From Camelus dromedarius (lineage: Eukaryota), in assembly GCF_036321535.1 (NCBI RefSeq), contig NC_087437.1, positions 121,584,001 through 121,648,000 on the forward strand: 64,000 nucleotides of DNA, written 5' to 3'. How positions within the stretch are numbered: the first letter of the stretch is position 1; each line of letters starts with the position of its first letter. This document shows positions 12,375-24,062 of the stretch, in pieces. A program made the translations under genes and the position numbers. The notes below the pieces were generated by a model. It worked only from the letters and a program-made list of their open reading frames with translations. It did no database searches and was not told the DNA's origin.

Positions 12375-12730
12375 AGCTGCTGCCTCACCTGGTGAAAGGG
12401 AAGGTGCAGGTGTGCATCAGGAAGTAAACCTCTGACCTCAAAACAGGAGGCTGTCCTGGGTTATCCAAGTGGGCCCAGTATGAGTCCCTAAAATGGATAG
12501 AGGCAGGTCGGAGGCAGAGATCAGCAGCGTCGTGGGCACTGACCAGCCAGGGTGGCAAGAGACAGCATGGCCATGAAGATGCAGGAGGCACACGGAAATG
12601 GTGAGAAGGACTGAGTCCTGCCAAAAGCCCAAGGAAGATGAAAGCTGATTCTACTGGTGCCTCGAGATAAGACCCCTGTTGTTTGAAGCCCTGGGTGTGA
12701 TGACCCGAAGCAGCTGAGGCCAAACCTCAT
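12375..12730 (+). mobile_element. MLT1-type (ERVL-MaLR) solo LTR remnant
   Basis: CCTGGGTTATCCAAGTGGGCCCA...GAGTCCCTAAAA and GTTGTTTGAAGCCCTGGGTGTG...GCAGC, both typical MLT1 motifs. Confidence 0.6.
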
Positions 12731-12870
12731 TGCAGGGCCCAGAGCATCTGTCCCCTCTCCGGCTCACGTCCCATCAGCAGAGGCTCCCAGCTGGGGACAG
12801 GACAGGCCCCCGTCCGGCTTCGAGCCTCTCATAAGCAGCACAGAATTCAACTTTAAACAGTCACCCTAGA

Positions 12871-12987
12871 GGGGAGGGCACAGCTCCATGGTAGACGCGT
12901 GCCTAGCACGCACAAAGTCCTGGGTTCAACCCCTGGTCTCTCCACTAACATAAATAAACTTAATTATCCACCCCCCAATTTTTTTTT
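12871..12987 (+). mobile_element. tRNA-derived SINE, camelid Vic-1-like
   Basis: GGGGAGGGCACAGCTCCATGGTAGA (A box) ... GTCCTGGGTTCAACCCC (B box) ... ATAAATAAACTTAATTATCCACCCCCC tail, resembling the camelid SINE consensus as I recall it. Confidence 0.8.
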
Positions 12988-14387
12988 AAATCAGTCTAAT
13001 CTTTTACTCAATCTAGTCTTTAAACTGGAGTTTTTCTCTGTTGACCCTTGTTGGGACCTCCAACATACTTGGGTTTATTTCTATATCGTGTTGATGAGTT
13101 TCTCCTTTTCCCTCTTGTTTCCTCCTGTCCTGCCTTTTGTGGGTTTGAGTCACTTTTTTTTCTTATTTCACTTTCTCCTTTCAAACTAGTCTGAGAGTTA
13201 TACTGTCTACTTGTCTCGTCTGGGTGGGGAATCTCAAAGCTTTCATCTACTATTTACCTTAAAAAGTTCACACTTAGTCTCTTTGGACGGGCCTCTAACA
13301 TCTTGTGACCCTGCGACGCGCTGTCCCTGGCTGCCCCAGCCCGCCCCCCGGCTCGCAGGCGCCACTGGCCACTTCTGATCCCACCCAGCCGTCCCAGCCC
13401 CACGAAGCAGGCGCTGCTGTGACCTGGAGGGTCTGCGTGTGTGAGCCCGCTTGTGGCTGTGGTCTCCTTGCCCTGCTGCTCTGGGGCTACATTCCTTCTC
13501 CAGACGATTCACAATGTGCAGCAGCTGCTTCAGCGAGGGTCACTGATGGCTTCACTTTGCCCGGAAGTAACCTCTGTTTTCCTCCGATTCTTGGCAGTTC
13601 TGCTGGCAACACAAATCCAGGCTGACAGTGATCTTTCCCGGGTCTGAAGGCACTGCCTGTCTCTCGGCCTCCGAGGCCACCCTGTGGGTGAGCAGTGGAG
13701 CGCCGAGTCCCTGGGGGCGCAGGCTCCCCCGGCGCAGGCTTCCGCAGTTCAGCCGTCACTCACACGCAGGTCTCTTTTGACTTAAGCTGCTGGGGGTCAC
13801 TGGGCCTTTGGAACACGAGGGCCAGTGTCCAGAGAATCCTCACCCAACACCTCTGACCGTGGCCTGTTCTGCGTCCCCCGCTCTTTTCCTAGAACACCCG
13901 CTGGAGACGGGCCTGCCCTCGTGCTTCCTTCCCGCTCTGTCTGACTTCCTGTCCAGGCTGCGTTCTGGGACCACCACCACCCTGGGAATTCAGGCCACTC
14001 ATCATCTTTCAGGTGTGTTGAACGTGCTGTTTATTGCATGTCTCACTTCAGTCGTTAACCTTTTCTTTCCAGAAATTGTATTTCATCTTTGATGACATCT
14101 TGTTCCTTCGTCACATTTTAGCACCCTCTGTCACTTCTGTGAACATACGAATCGCCGCTACCTTATGTTCTGAGTGGATTTTCTCTGCGTCCATGGGGGG
14201 TGGGTCTGGCTCATCGCGCGGTGCTTCTGCTGATGGTTGCCCCTGGTGGGTTGCTTCCTGTGCGCCAGGGGATCTCGTGTTGTGAGACCAGGCCCACGGT
14301 GACAGGACTCTCGAACGCACCAGGACTGCGTTCCTCCAGAGGGTATGCTGGCTTCTGTCAGGACCTGAGGCCACCCACGTGGAAATC

Positions 14388-14461
14388 CGTGCGCGCGCGC
14401 GTGTATATGTATGCGTGTGTACGTATTTGCATGTGTGCGCCTGTGTGCGTGTGCATGCGTG
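14388..14461. repeat. Alternating purine-pyrimidine (TG/CG/TA) tract
   Basis: GTGCGCGCGCGCGTGTATATGTATGCGTGTGTACG...GTGTGCATGCGTG. Confidence 0.8.
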
Positions 14462-15559
14462 CTTCAGAAGCGCCCACCTGCCCACCATGCACAGCCCGCT
14501 GTGAGGAGAGTGGCCTAAGGACATGGGGCTGCACTGGTTTGTCCTGAAAAGGCCTTGTTAATAGAAACGGGAGATTTAATTTGTCACAGGTCATTTCTTG
14601 CAGCATCCAGACCCCATCAGCCAGCTAGTGTGGTATCCGCGAGTGCCGGACGGCCCAGGGACAGACAGGGCCGCTGGCCCACCCCTGACCCGGGAGCCAG
14701 GGGCTGGCTTGCTGAATCGGCAGACCACCTGGCTGGCTTCTGGGGTGGGGCGCTGGGCCCCCGCCGGCCTCCCCTCCCGCAGCCCCTCCGGTTCCTCTTC
14801 TCTCTCACATTGTGTTTGAAATTCCAACAATGGCACAAACGCTTTCAACAGGCTCCAATGATGATGGCTCTTCTGAGACTCTGCAGCTCTGCCATCAGAC
14901 ACGGCGGGAATGGAAGAGTGGCCGCGAGGTCGTGGCCAGGAAGGCCCTGGGCTCCCTCAGGAACGGGCTCCACGTCCTCCCAGCAGCTGGGAACACACCC
15001 TGGCCCTCCCTTCCCGCAGCCCCGTCACCTGGACCCTGGCTTCCAGGCTGTTCCCTCTTGTCTACACAGAGCCTCCAGGGCCCCTCCCTCCCCCCTCTCA
15101 TTGCCCACGAGACTCACTCCTACCCCTGCCCCATGGCTTCTCTCCCACGTCCCGGTCAGGCCCCGGGTCACACCACTTCCTGCCACCTCGGGCACCCAGG
15201 CACACGCCGCGGGGCCTTTGCACTTGCTGTCCCGGGGCCAGCCCTTCCCCCGCCCGAGCCCCCTATTTTCCTGCTGTGCCCGCTGTGCTGTGACGCAGGC
15301 TGTCCCGCTGGCTGGTCGTTCTCCAGGATGCAAAACCGAGGAAGTCTGCTGCCTCCTCCTCGGGAGAAGAGGGCTGTTCCCAACTTCCCACAACCATGGA
15401 CTTTGTCAGACAGGTCTTACAGCCAGCAGTCCTGAGGACAGGGGGGCCGGGCGGTGTCTCCACAGTGTGCTCACAGCCACCAACATGGATGACACAGCGG
15501 CCAACTTTCTTCACAGAAGACGGTGGCCACGGTGGAAACACTTGCTACAGCTCTCGGCC

Positions 15560-15618
15560 GAAAGAGAACGCAGAAGCACAACTTCTAGAAAACGTACTTT
15601 ATTAATATCTGAAGTACA
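15560..15618 (-). terminator. POFUT2 cleavage/polyadenylation signal (3' UTR about 0.8 kb)
   Basis: On the minus strand: TGTA (15618-15615), then AATAAA (15603-15598), then a GU/U-rich tract GTTGTGCTTCTGCGTTCTCTTT. This is the canonical CFIm/CPSF/CstF arrangement. Confidence 0.8.
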
Positions 15619-16381
15619 AACAGAGAAAGAATAAATATTCGGTCACCCAGCCCTGCGTGGCTGTGAGCCACACTACAGGACCCCAGCGCGCACCCAGGGC
15701 CATCTCAAGAGCCTAGGAAGGAGACGTGGGAGGGACCTGGGGCTCCAGGCTCTGCAGGGCTCCCCGTCCGCACTGTGGCCTCACCAGTTACCTAGGAGTC
15801 ATGGGACTGGGACACCTGGTCAGAGGTGACGGGGTGGGGGCCCTCTCGTGTGACTGTGAAGGCCCAACACAGGGCTCTGTGGACCAGTCCAGGCCCCCCA
15901 TTTGGCAGCTGGTCTCCAAGGCGCCTCCTCAGGCTGGAGTGACTGCCCGCGCCTCTCAGCCCCACCGCTGCCCGGGAGGGGGGGCCGCCCGAGGCCTCAG
16001 ACCTGTGGTTGCACGTGGGCCCACGGGGGAGAAGGGCAGGACCTCGGACTCTGCTCTGCAGCCACCACAGGGGCTCAAATGACTGAAACCCTGTGAGTCA
16101 CAGGTGCCACCAGCGCCACATCCATACGCCCCCGGGGCGGAGCCTGAGGCGTCGCACTTGCCCGGGGCAAGCCGGCACCTCAGTGCTGGCACAGGGGCCT
16201 CGCTGGTCACAGCGACATGGTCCCGGATCCCGATGCAAACAAAACCCAAGGCCCAGGGCAGGCATGGGACGGACCCGCGTGGCTCCCCAGGCCTGAGCCC
16301 CGAGGGGCACGGCCAGCTGGTGGGGCGAGGACGCACATCCTCAGGGGAGACAGGCACCGCCGCGTGCAGGGGGTCGGGCGG

Positions 16382-16535
16382 TCAGTACACAACCCTCCAG
16401 TGCGTGGGCTGCTCGCACGCCGGCTCCTCGTCCCCGCAGAAGCGGTTGTAGGTCGTCCTGGGGTCCAGGCCCAGGATCTCCCTCTCCTCATGAATCCGGA
16501 AGGAGAACGTGGAGACCGAGGTGCCGATGAAAACC
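16382..16535 (-). CDS. POFUT2: POFUT2 coding exon 9 (154 nt incl. stop; [51 protein letters not shown])
   Basis: Acceptor [15 protein letters not shown] motif, TGA at 16384-16382. Exon lengths sum to 1290 nt, i.e. 429 aa plus stop. Confidence 0.97.
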
Positions 16536-17217
16536 CTGCCATGCAGCGCCAGGTCACCGGGGCTGCTGGGCAAACGCACCACCCGCCAGCCGTCCGCCTC
16601 CGCCGGGGCCCGCCCGGGCCCCACAGCCCCGCCGGCCGGGGTCCCCATCAGGAGATGCCCAGACACCAGGCTGCCGGGGAGGCTGCGGGTGCTGGTGTGA
16701 GGGAGACAGGGCCCGCGTCGGGGGCAGGCTCCAGCCTCCACTAGATTTTTGGCTACTCGATGCAGGAGGAAGTCTCCTCCAGGGAGATGTCTTGGAACAG
16801 ACCTGCCACAGATATGTCCCCAGGACGTCACCAGCTTTAAGCCCAAGAAGGTGGCGGAGCAAAGCCCGTAACCTCCCCCCTGCCAAGCCTTGAGGCTGAG
16901 CTGGGGCTGCTCCCTGCACCCCTGCTGGGGCCGAGTCCGCCCAGCACCCCCAGAGGGGCGCAGAAGAGTGGGCCCTCTCCCTGGAGGTGGAGCCCCCGGG
17001 GCCCTTCACAGCACAGAACACCTGCAGCCCTGCAGGAAAACAGGTCCACGAGCAGGCCTGTGGAGCCAGCATCCGGGAAGTTTGAAAACGGGAAGTGACC
17101 TACTCTGCCTTTGTTTTCCACTTTACTCCAGGGGTCCCAGGGCGGAACCCCAGGACCCAGGCCCAACTGTTTCCCAGGAGGAGGAGGGGACAAAGGGCGG
17201 GGTGCCTGGCGGCCCAC

Positions 17218-17341
17218 CTGGCGTGCGCGCAGACCCACTGGTCGACGATGGCGACGCCCCCGTCCTTGTAGAGCTCCAGCTCCTCCCCCGTGGGCTCGAA
17301 GCGCAGCATCTCGGGCAGCAGCCTCCTCAGCTCCTCGTACT
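17218..17341 (-). CDS. POFUT2: POFUT2 coding exon 8 (124 nt; [41 protein letters not shown])
   Basis: Acceptor CCGCAG|AG and donor AG|GTGGGC. Contains the DQWxCAHAR motif. Preceded by a 142-nt intron. Confidence 0.97.
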
Positions 17342-17483
17342 CTGCGGACACAAGCAGGCCCGTGGGGCCGGAGCCAAAGGCGGTGGGCACGGCTGCAGAT
17401 GTGGCTGCACAGGTGGAGGAGGGGACCGACCCGACCCTCCAGAACCCAAGAGCGCAACGGGGAGCGGGAGGCGCACCGCGCAC

Positions 17484-17664
17484 CCTTCCTGACGGCGTCC
17501 GTGGCCACGAAGACCTTGTCCAGCCGGTGGGTCTTCATGAGGCTGCGGATCCTCCTCACGGCTCCGGCCAGGCTCGGCACGTCCTCCCTGTGCCCCCAGA
17601 TGAAGTCCTTTCTCCTCAGGTGGACGCCGAGGTACGGGCCCCCCAGCGAGGAGCCCAGCTGGAC
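17484..17664 (-). CDS. POFUT2: POFUT2 coding exon 7 (181 nt; [31 protein letters not shown]...[10 protein letters not shown])
   Basis: Acceptor TTTGCCAG|GTC and donor G|GTGCGC. Contains the GDP-fucose-binding motifs GVHLRRKDF (R294) and VFVATD. Confidence 0.98.
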
Positions 17665-18574
17665 CTGGCAAAGGAGGACGGGACAGGCTGAGCCCACGGG
17701 GTCGGCGTCCAGCGCGGCAGGAGGCGAGGGGGACGCAGAGTCCAAGCACCTCCACGCAGCAGGGGCCACACCGGGGTCCGTCCAGGGACCGATGCTCAGG
17801 GCGAACCCTGGGGGAGGGGGCTGGACGTCTCCTCAAGACCATGAGTGACCAATGACCCACACCCTTTCATCTGAGTGAACAAAGACGAGTAAAGGAAACA
17901 CTGGAAGCAAATACAAACTAGATAAAAAAAAAAAAGCCTCAGTTCAATGTTGACGCTTCCGTGAGACCTGTCCACACGCCCTGGCACTTATCGCGGGAAC
18001 GACGCTGCTCCACCTGAGAGCAGCGCAAACGTCCTGCGGAGAAAGACGGCGAAACAGCATTCCTCTCTATGAAACAGTTTGCTGTTAAAACCTACGTGAA
18101 AAAGAAATCATTAAAACAATTACACTGAAAATGCCTAAAAATAACAATAATTTGAAAAAGCAGCATATAATTCATCGAAATTATAAAAAAAGCCAACCTT
18201 TCAGAAAAAGTTCTTTCCTAAAAAGGACAATGCTGGAGCAAAAGGGTGTTCATGGTGCCCCTTGGGGGGGGAGGCAGAGGTGAGCCCCGGTGCCTCCGAC
18301 GGCCTCTCGCTTCTACTCTCCCATCTGCCACCTCGCTCCACTGTAATGACCACCTGGGCCACAGCCCCGCGGTAAGTTCCCACCTCGCTGAAGAGGAACT
18401 GGTACTGACCGACAGCCCAACGTCTGCACCAGGACAAGGGGCTCCCGGCCGCCGGGCGGCATCCACAGCAAAGCCAGCACCCCGTTCTGACCTTCCCTGA
18501 GCAAAGGGACTGGTCACTGGGCATCTAGAGGGGTAACTTCGGCGTCCTCTGACCACAAAGATGTGGAGAGCTAC

Positions 18575-18700
18575 CTTCATCTTGGTCCAGTCCTCCTCAA
18601 AGGGGGTCCTGTCGGCCTCGTCGGTGGAGTTGAGGTACTTGCTCCTGAACTCGTCCCCCACAGCCCGCAGGTGCCGGGCAAACACCATGCTGCGCCGGGT
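18575..18700 (-). CDS. POFUT2: POFUT2 coding exon 6 (126 nt; [42 protein letters not shown])
   Basis: Acceptor CCGCAG|ACC and donor AAG|GTAGCT. Carries sequon NST (N259). Confidence 0.97.
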
Positions 18701-20301
18701 CTGCGGGCACAGAGGGCACTGTGAGCGCCTGCCCCGCGCAGGGCCTTCGCCGGGCGCCCCTTCGGCCCCAGGAGCAGCCTGAGGAGCTGAGCTGCAGGCA
18801 CGCCAGGACAGCGAGCCGGGCCCGGGCAGCGCAGACAAGCCGCTGCCTGTCTGTGAGGGGGAGGAGTGTCACGGGGAGTGGACCACACTGAGTCTGGGCA
18901 GCACCGACAACCCTCCCCTCCTGAGAGTCCCCTGGGCCCAAGGGACAGAGCACTGGCCGAGAGAAGGTGGCTGGCAGGCGGGGAGTGCGGGGGGGGGGGT
19001 CACCAGCAGTAACAGCCAGATGGGGACCACAGAGCTGACAGAGACACAGAGCAGCTGTGTCCACAGTGAGGACAACCGCACCTCCACGCTCCCGACACCA
19101 CCCTCCCAGGAGGTGCCCAGGTCGCACGCCGAGGCAGCAGGGGTCTCAGCTGGGGTGCTCTGCACACACCTGGCCTCTCCATGCCCCCCAGGCTGGGCAG
19201 GTCCCGAGAGCTGCGAGGGCAGCGGCTGAGAGGGGATGTGAAACCCATTCCCTGGGGCTCCTGCCTGGGCCAGGGGACAGACAAGCCGCTGCCCCGTGAT
19301 GTAGGCACAGAGATTACAGAACACAAACACGTGTTCCTGAATGCACAGATGTGCTTTTCTTTTTCAAACGTTAGCTGCCATAAATCACCAACCTGCCCCT
19401 CAATGAACAAACCTGGGAACCCCTCAGGCAGAAGACACCACGCCAACTGTGCAGAGACAGGGGCAGCAGGGGGCTGCCCCAACACAGGCGCCGTGCTCCA
19501 TCCACCCTGCCAGAGCCAAGGTCAGGGGTCCAGGGAAACCACTTCCCAGAGGGGCCTCCGGAGAGGTGACCAGGGCGGGTGGGTGCGCCCCACCGGGAGC
19601 CCGGGACCAGAAGGGCGGGAGGAGAAAACGGGCTGGAGACGTCGGCCCTGGGGGGGCCCAGCATCCGTCTGTAATCTAAGAGAGCTGGGATTTACCTAAA
19701 ACTTCCATTTCACTCCAACAGCAGACAAAGAGCGCCTCGTCTAAGAACCCGCCTGCGCAGGCCTGGGCCCCGGGGGAGCACGCGAGCAGAGGGCAGGCCC
19801 GGGCCCCCACCTCGCAGCCAAAGGCTCTTCTCAGGAAAACCTTTACGCTTCTGCCAAACTGGCCTGGCCTGCAGGGCCCCCCATGGACAGAGCTGGGCCG
19901 CCTTCCCAACCAGACCCCTGACAAGTAAGCCGTCCCCAACGCCAAGGTGACATGGCCCATCTCCCGCCTGTCTCGGCCGTTCGCTCGCCCAGAGCCAGCG
20001 CCTCCCTTGGCGCGGGTCCAAGTCCAACCCCGACTCAAGGCAGAGACGCCCCACCGCTCACAGCTGGAGACCGAGCCAGGGGCGCCGGCTCCAGCTCCTG
20101 ACTGCTCACGGGGAAGGATGCCCAAGCAGACGCGGACGCCCCATCCAGCCCCCGCCCTGGGCACCTCGTGCGCGGGCTGGGCCCCTCCACGGCTGCTAAA
20201 ACCTTGTGACTTTAGGCCGCGAGGCTGAAAACAAGAGGGGCCGAGTGTCTCGGGTTTGCTAGAGCTACAGGGGGTGCAGGCGCCGGCCGGGCAGCACTCA
20301 C

Positions 20302-20368
20302 GTCCCAGTACTCCTTCCCGCCGTAGTGGTCGTGCAGGAGGGTCTCGGCGCGGTCCAGCATCACGGAC
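20302..20368 (-). CDS. POFUT2: POFUT2 coding exon 5 (67 nt; [23 protein letters not shown])
   Basis: Acceptor ACCAG|G and donor GAC|GTGAGT. Phase 2 in, phase 0 out. Confidence 0.96.
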
Positions 20369-20639
20369 CTGGTTTTAAACAACAGGAAAAGAGACGGTTT
20401 TACTTTCAAAATGATTCTGCTCCGAAGTTCAGACAGCGCTGTCCACGTGGGAGGGCCCTGAGCCCGGGAACACTCTGGGCTGAACTCTGAGATCGTACCA
20501 ACCTTGCCAGGTCACCTGGGGGCATTTGGGCAATCACTGCCAACTCTCTGAAAGGCAGCTGTCTGCAGCGCCACGCGATTCTGAGAGAGAGCTTTCACTT
20601 CCTAAGTGATTCTGAACATTCACAGTCTCTCCTGCCCCA

Positions 20640-20930
20640 GCCACTGAACTGGGCGAGCTCGCAAGCAACCTGTGCCCATCGGTGCAGAAGAACACAAACC
20701 CACAAACTAACGAGATGAGCGAACAGAACCCAGTAGTGCGCTGAAAGAGTAACAGGCGCGACAGAGGGGGTTCACACCAGGAGGGCTCAGCGTTACACCA
20801 CCTGCGACTTAGCTCGCCTCAGTACCACGTAAAGGGCAAACCCCTAAGACCGCGGATACCACAAAGGGGGGAAGGTCAGCGTTTACTCCTGTTCGTCAAA
20901 ATCGCCTGAATGAAACAGAGCCTAGGTTCT
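20640..20930 (+). mobile_element. Heavily decayed L1 ORF2 fragment in POFUT2 intron 4
   Basis: GAACCCAGTAG..AAAGAGTAACA..GGGGGTTCACACCAGGA parallels L1 GAATCCAGCA..AAAAGAATAATAC..GGGGTTTATCCCAGGA. Confidence 0.45.
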
Positions 20931-22099
20931 CCTCATCCTGTTGTGTTCCTCCAGCCAGAAGCTGGCCCCTTTCTCAGCGAAGGCTCAGTTCCCTCCCGCA
21001 CAGAGAGGCTGCCCGCTACGGAATAATCGAGCGCCCTGAAGAATCAGAACCTGCAGGAGGGACGCTCCAGAGACAGGCCACGTCCACGCAGGCCTGGGCG
21101 ACCCAGGGGGCTCGACGCATCTGGAGAGCGGCCGGCTCACAGAGCTGCCGACAGGGAAGTGGGTGGGGTGACCAGGGCCCCCATTCTTAACCCCAAACAA
21201 AGCCTCAATGGCTCAGAGTTAAATATGAAAACTGAAACTATAAAAGCAAAACGTGAAAGACTCTAAGAATATTGGGATAAGGTTAGACTGAAAAATAAAA
21301 ATCCAGAAACCTTTATAAAGAACACACAGACTAGTAAGTTTAAATGTATAAAAACTTAAAACTCCTGCAGAGAAAGAAACTGGCAAATGATCTGAAAAGA
21401 TGCATTACAGAAAATCGTTTCAAAAGAGCCTTTAAATCTGATTTTACTCTGAAATCAAAGAAACATACGTTAACAGACCAGAGACCCACTTGTCCCTCAT
21501 TACAGCTCGAGTCTGGTGGCTGCCCGGGGATGGTGGCTCGACGATCACCACGCAAGGCACACCCACCCCCCCCACAAACCCAGCCTCCGCTCTGGGTGTG
21601 AGCCTCCATTTTTACTCTCCAAACTGCAAAAATGGTTCCTGTCTATAAAAACCTGGAGCCAGTCAACGGCCACCCAGGTGGGCGGGCTCAAAAAACGCTC
21701 TCACAGCTGGGCAGGGACAACTGCAGAAGAACGTGGCAGCCTCTGCGGCCACCTCCACGGTGACTGCACAGGCTTCAACTCCCAGAGGGCATCATGCAGT
21801 GGGAAAAAGGCGAACAGAAACCCGTGCAGAGAACCCTGAGCGGGCGACTCCACGGGTGTTTATAAAGAGGGAGACGAGCTCCGGAAAGCAGCGGGGCGGC
21901 TGACAGCACGGCGGCCGCGGGGGTTGGGGTGGGAACGGAGGCTGCTCCTCAGAGGCGGCCTCGCCACCACATGCAGCGTCACCTGCAGAGATGCGGCTTG
22001 CACCCCGCGTCCGGCTGGGCCGATGTCCTAGAACAGCCCCGGCGCCCCACGCGGGGCGCAGCCTCGTGCCACGGAGTTCGGCCGGATTTATTTTTCGCA

Positions 22100-22735
22100 C
22101 TGTCTCACACAGTTATGTCTGCACGGTCACCTCTGCTGAAACAACAGCGTCTTTCCATTTCTGTGGCTGAGTCGCATCTGTTCTGAATTTGCCACAACCC
22201 ACTGCCCCGATGACCTACTGCTGAAGGGCGTGGGGGTTTCCGGCTTGTGGCTCGCAGGAACATTCTGGAACACGTGTGGGCGCACACACAGGTGCGTGGG
22301 GCTGGGTGTGCTGGGTCACAGGCCCACCCTCTGCGACCTGACAGCCAACTGGCCCCCAGCAGTTTCCCAGATCCTCCCGCGGCTGCATGTGGCCCATCCT
22401 CCCAAGGGCGGGGGTGGCCTGCATTTCCTGGTCACCAAGGGCCAGAGGGCGTCTTCTCGGGCTTAAGGGCAGCGTGACTTCCTCCCCGGTGTGCCAGAGT
22501 TTACCACAAGGCTGCCCGCCCTTGCCTCGCTGCTCCTGACTCTGGAACCTCCGTCGGTAGCTGGACCGAGTCCTGGACTGATCCACGGGCTGCATCTTCC
22601 TTCTGTATGTGGTCTGTCTTTTCATTTGTTTAACGGTATCCACCGATGGGCAGGAATTGTTAATTTTAATATAACTGGGTGCACCAATCTTTTCTTTCTG
22701 GCCAGTGCTTTTCACATTCTGAGTTTTCTGGGTGG
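22100..22735 (-). mobile_element. Decayed L1 ORF2 3' fragment in POFUT2 intron 4
   Basis: GTCTTTTCATTTGTTTAACGGTATC...TTAATTTTAATATAA...TCTTTCTGGCCAGTGCTTTT is a typical antisense L1 ORF2 stretch. Confidence 0.55.
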
Positions 22736-23951
22736 TGGGGGTGACCCCCAGTGGTCCAGCCTCACCTGCCTCAGCACTGCCCCGCCCAGAGGTGTCTCTC
22801 CAAGAGTGAGGAGCTCCGGGCACAAGTCCCTCCTGGACTCAGCTCCAGTCACTCAGAAAAAACTGCCCACAGTCCAAAACTTCAGCCAGACCTGCTTTTG
22901 AGACCCAAACGGTTTTGGGACACTCGTGACATGGGGTCCCAGTGGGGGTGCCCTCAGCCACGTCCTGCATCCACGTCTGTATGTGGAGATGGGACCCCCT
23001 CAGGCAAAGCGACCAATTGCCGGCTGCCACAGTCCCACTGGTGTTTGGTTTACAAAGCCCAGCACACCCACAGGGGTCCCAATGTGGGGAAAATGGGCTG
23101 AAAAGGACGGGGAGGGGCCCGGCTGGGTTGTGGCGGACGTGCAGACAGTCCACACGCCCGCAGGCCCGGGGAGCCTGGTTCAGACTGACGGGGACTCAAG
23201 GGAGGGCGGCTCCTCCAGGGTCCCCACGACCCCCGAGCTCACACCCGCAGCAAAGCCCCCACTGACGCTTGTCAGGCTGCCCAGCATGCATCCTCCTCCA
23301 GGGGGTCCACCTCCAGACCCAGCCCAGGAGCCACCTGAACACCTCCCCCTTCCGCTGACCCCGGTGCTGCCCCGTGGGGGCGGGCGTGGGGCAACCGTGA
23401 GGCCGGCTCTCTGCTTCCGAGAGGGACTGGGATGTGCGGCCATGCTTCCGACAGGAGACACCATGAGCAGCAGCCAGGTCGGCATGTCCGCGCCGGGAGA
23501 GGCTCAAGTCTTGCCCCCATCCCCGCTAAGGTGGAGAAGGGGGGAAGCCCAGCGGGAGAGGGACCCCAGGTGGGAAGCGCACGCTCCCCCTCTGTGACCT
23601 CTCAGACCAGCTCCAGGCAGCCGCCCCAGCACCAGTCACCCTGGGGGGTCTCTTCAGAACTTCCCGGCCCCTCTTGTCCTCGCCCTCACCCTGCTGCAGC
23701 CACGTGTCCCCATGGCCCTCACCCCCACTGTCCTCTGTCCACCCTCAGGCCCACTGTGCCTAGTGTGGACCAGCGACCCCGCCCTGGGGCTCTGAGCAGC
23801 CCCCAAGGACCACAGGGGGCACAGGGCCACGGAGCTTGGGCCCAGTCACCCCCTACCCGCACCCCAACCCCAGGGCTGTCCTGTCCTAGTCGCTGGTCCC
23901 CACCCGAGGCCCAGCTGCACATGCGCACGTGCTCAGCTCACAGGCACTCAC

Positions 23952-24062
23952 CGTGCAGACGTGTTTCTCAAAAGCACGGGTGCGATGATGGAAGCTGACC
24001 CCTGGACAGACAGACAGGAGACGTTCAGACCCCTCGTCTCTTCGTAGCCCCAGAACCATCCT
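23952..24062 (-). CDS. POFUT2: POFUT2 coding exon 4 (111 nt; [37 protein letters not shown])
   Basis: Translated by hand because it is absent from the ORF track in this frame. Acceptor TCTTGCAG|A and donor CG|GTGAGT. Carries N-glycosylation sequons NVS (N189) and NTS (N209). Confidence 0.96.

Noticed and set aside
12871..12945. Possible tRNA gene
   Set aside because: Degenerate stems followed by a SINE-type AT-rich tail, so it is a SINE head.
14555..15634. 359-aa plus-strand ORF next to the POFUT2 3' end
   Set aside because: Non-ATG start, Pro/Arg/Ala-rich, no recognisable homology; expected by chance at this GC content.
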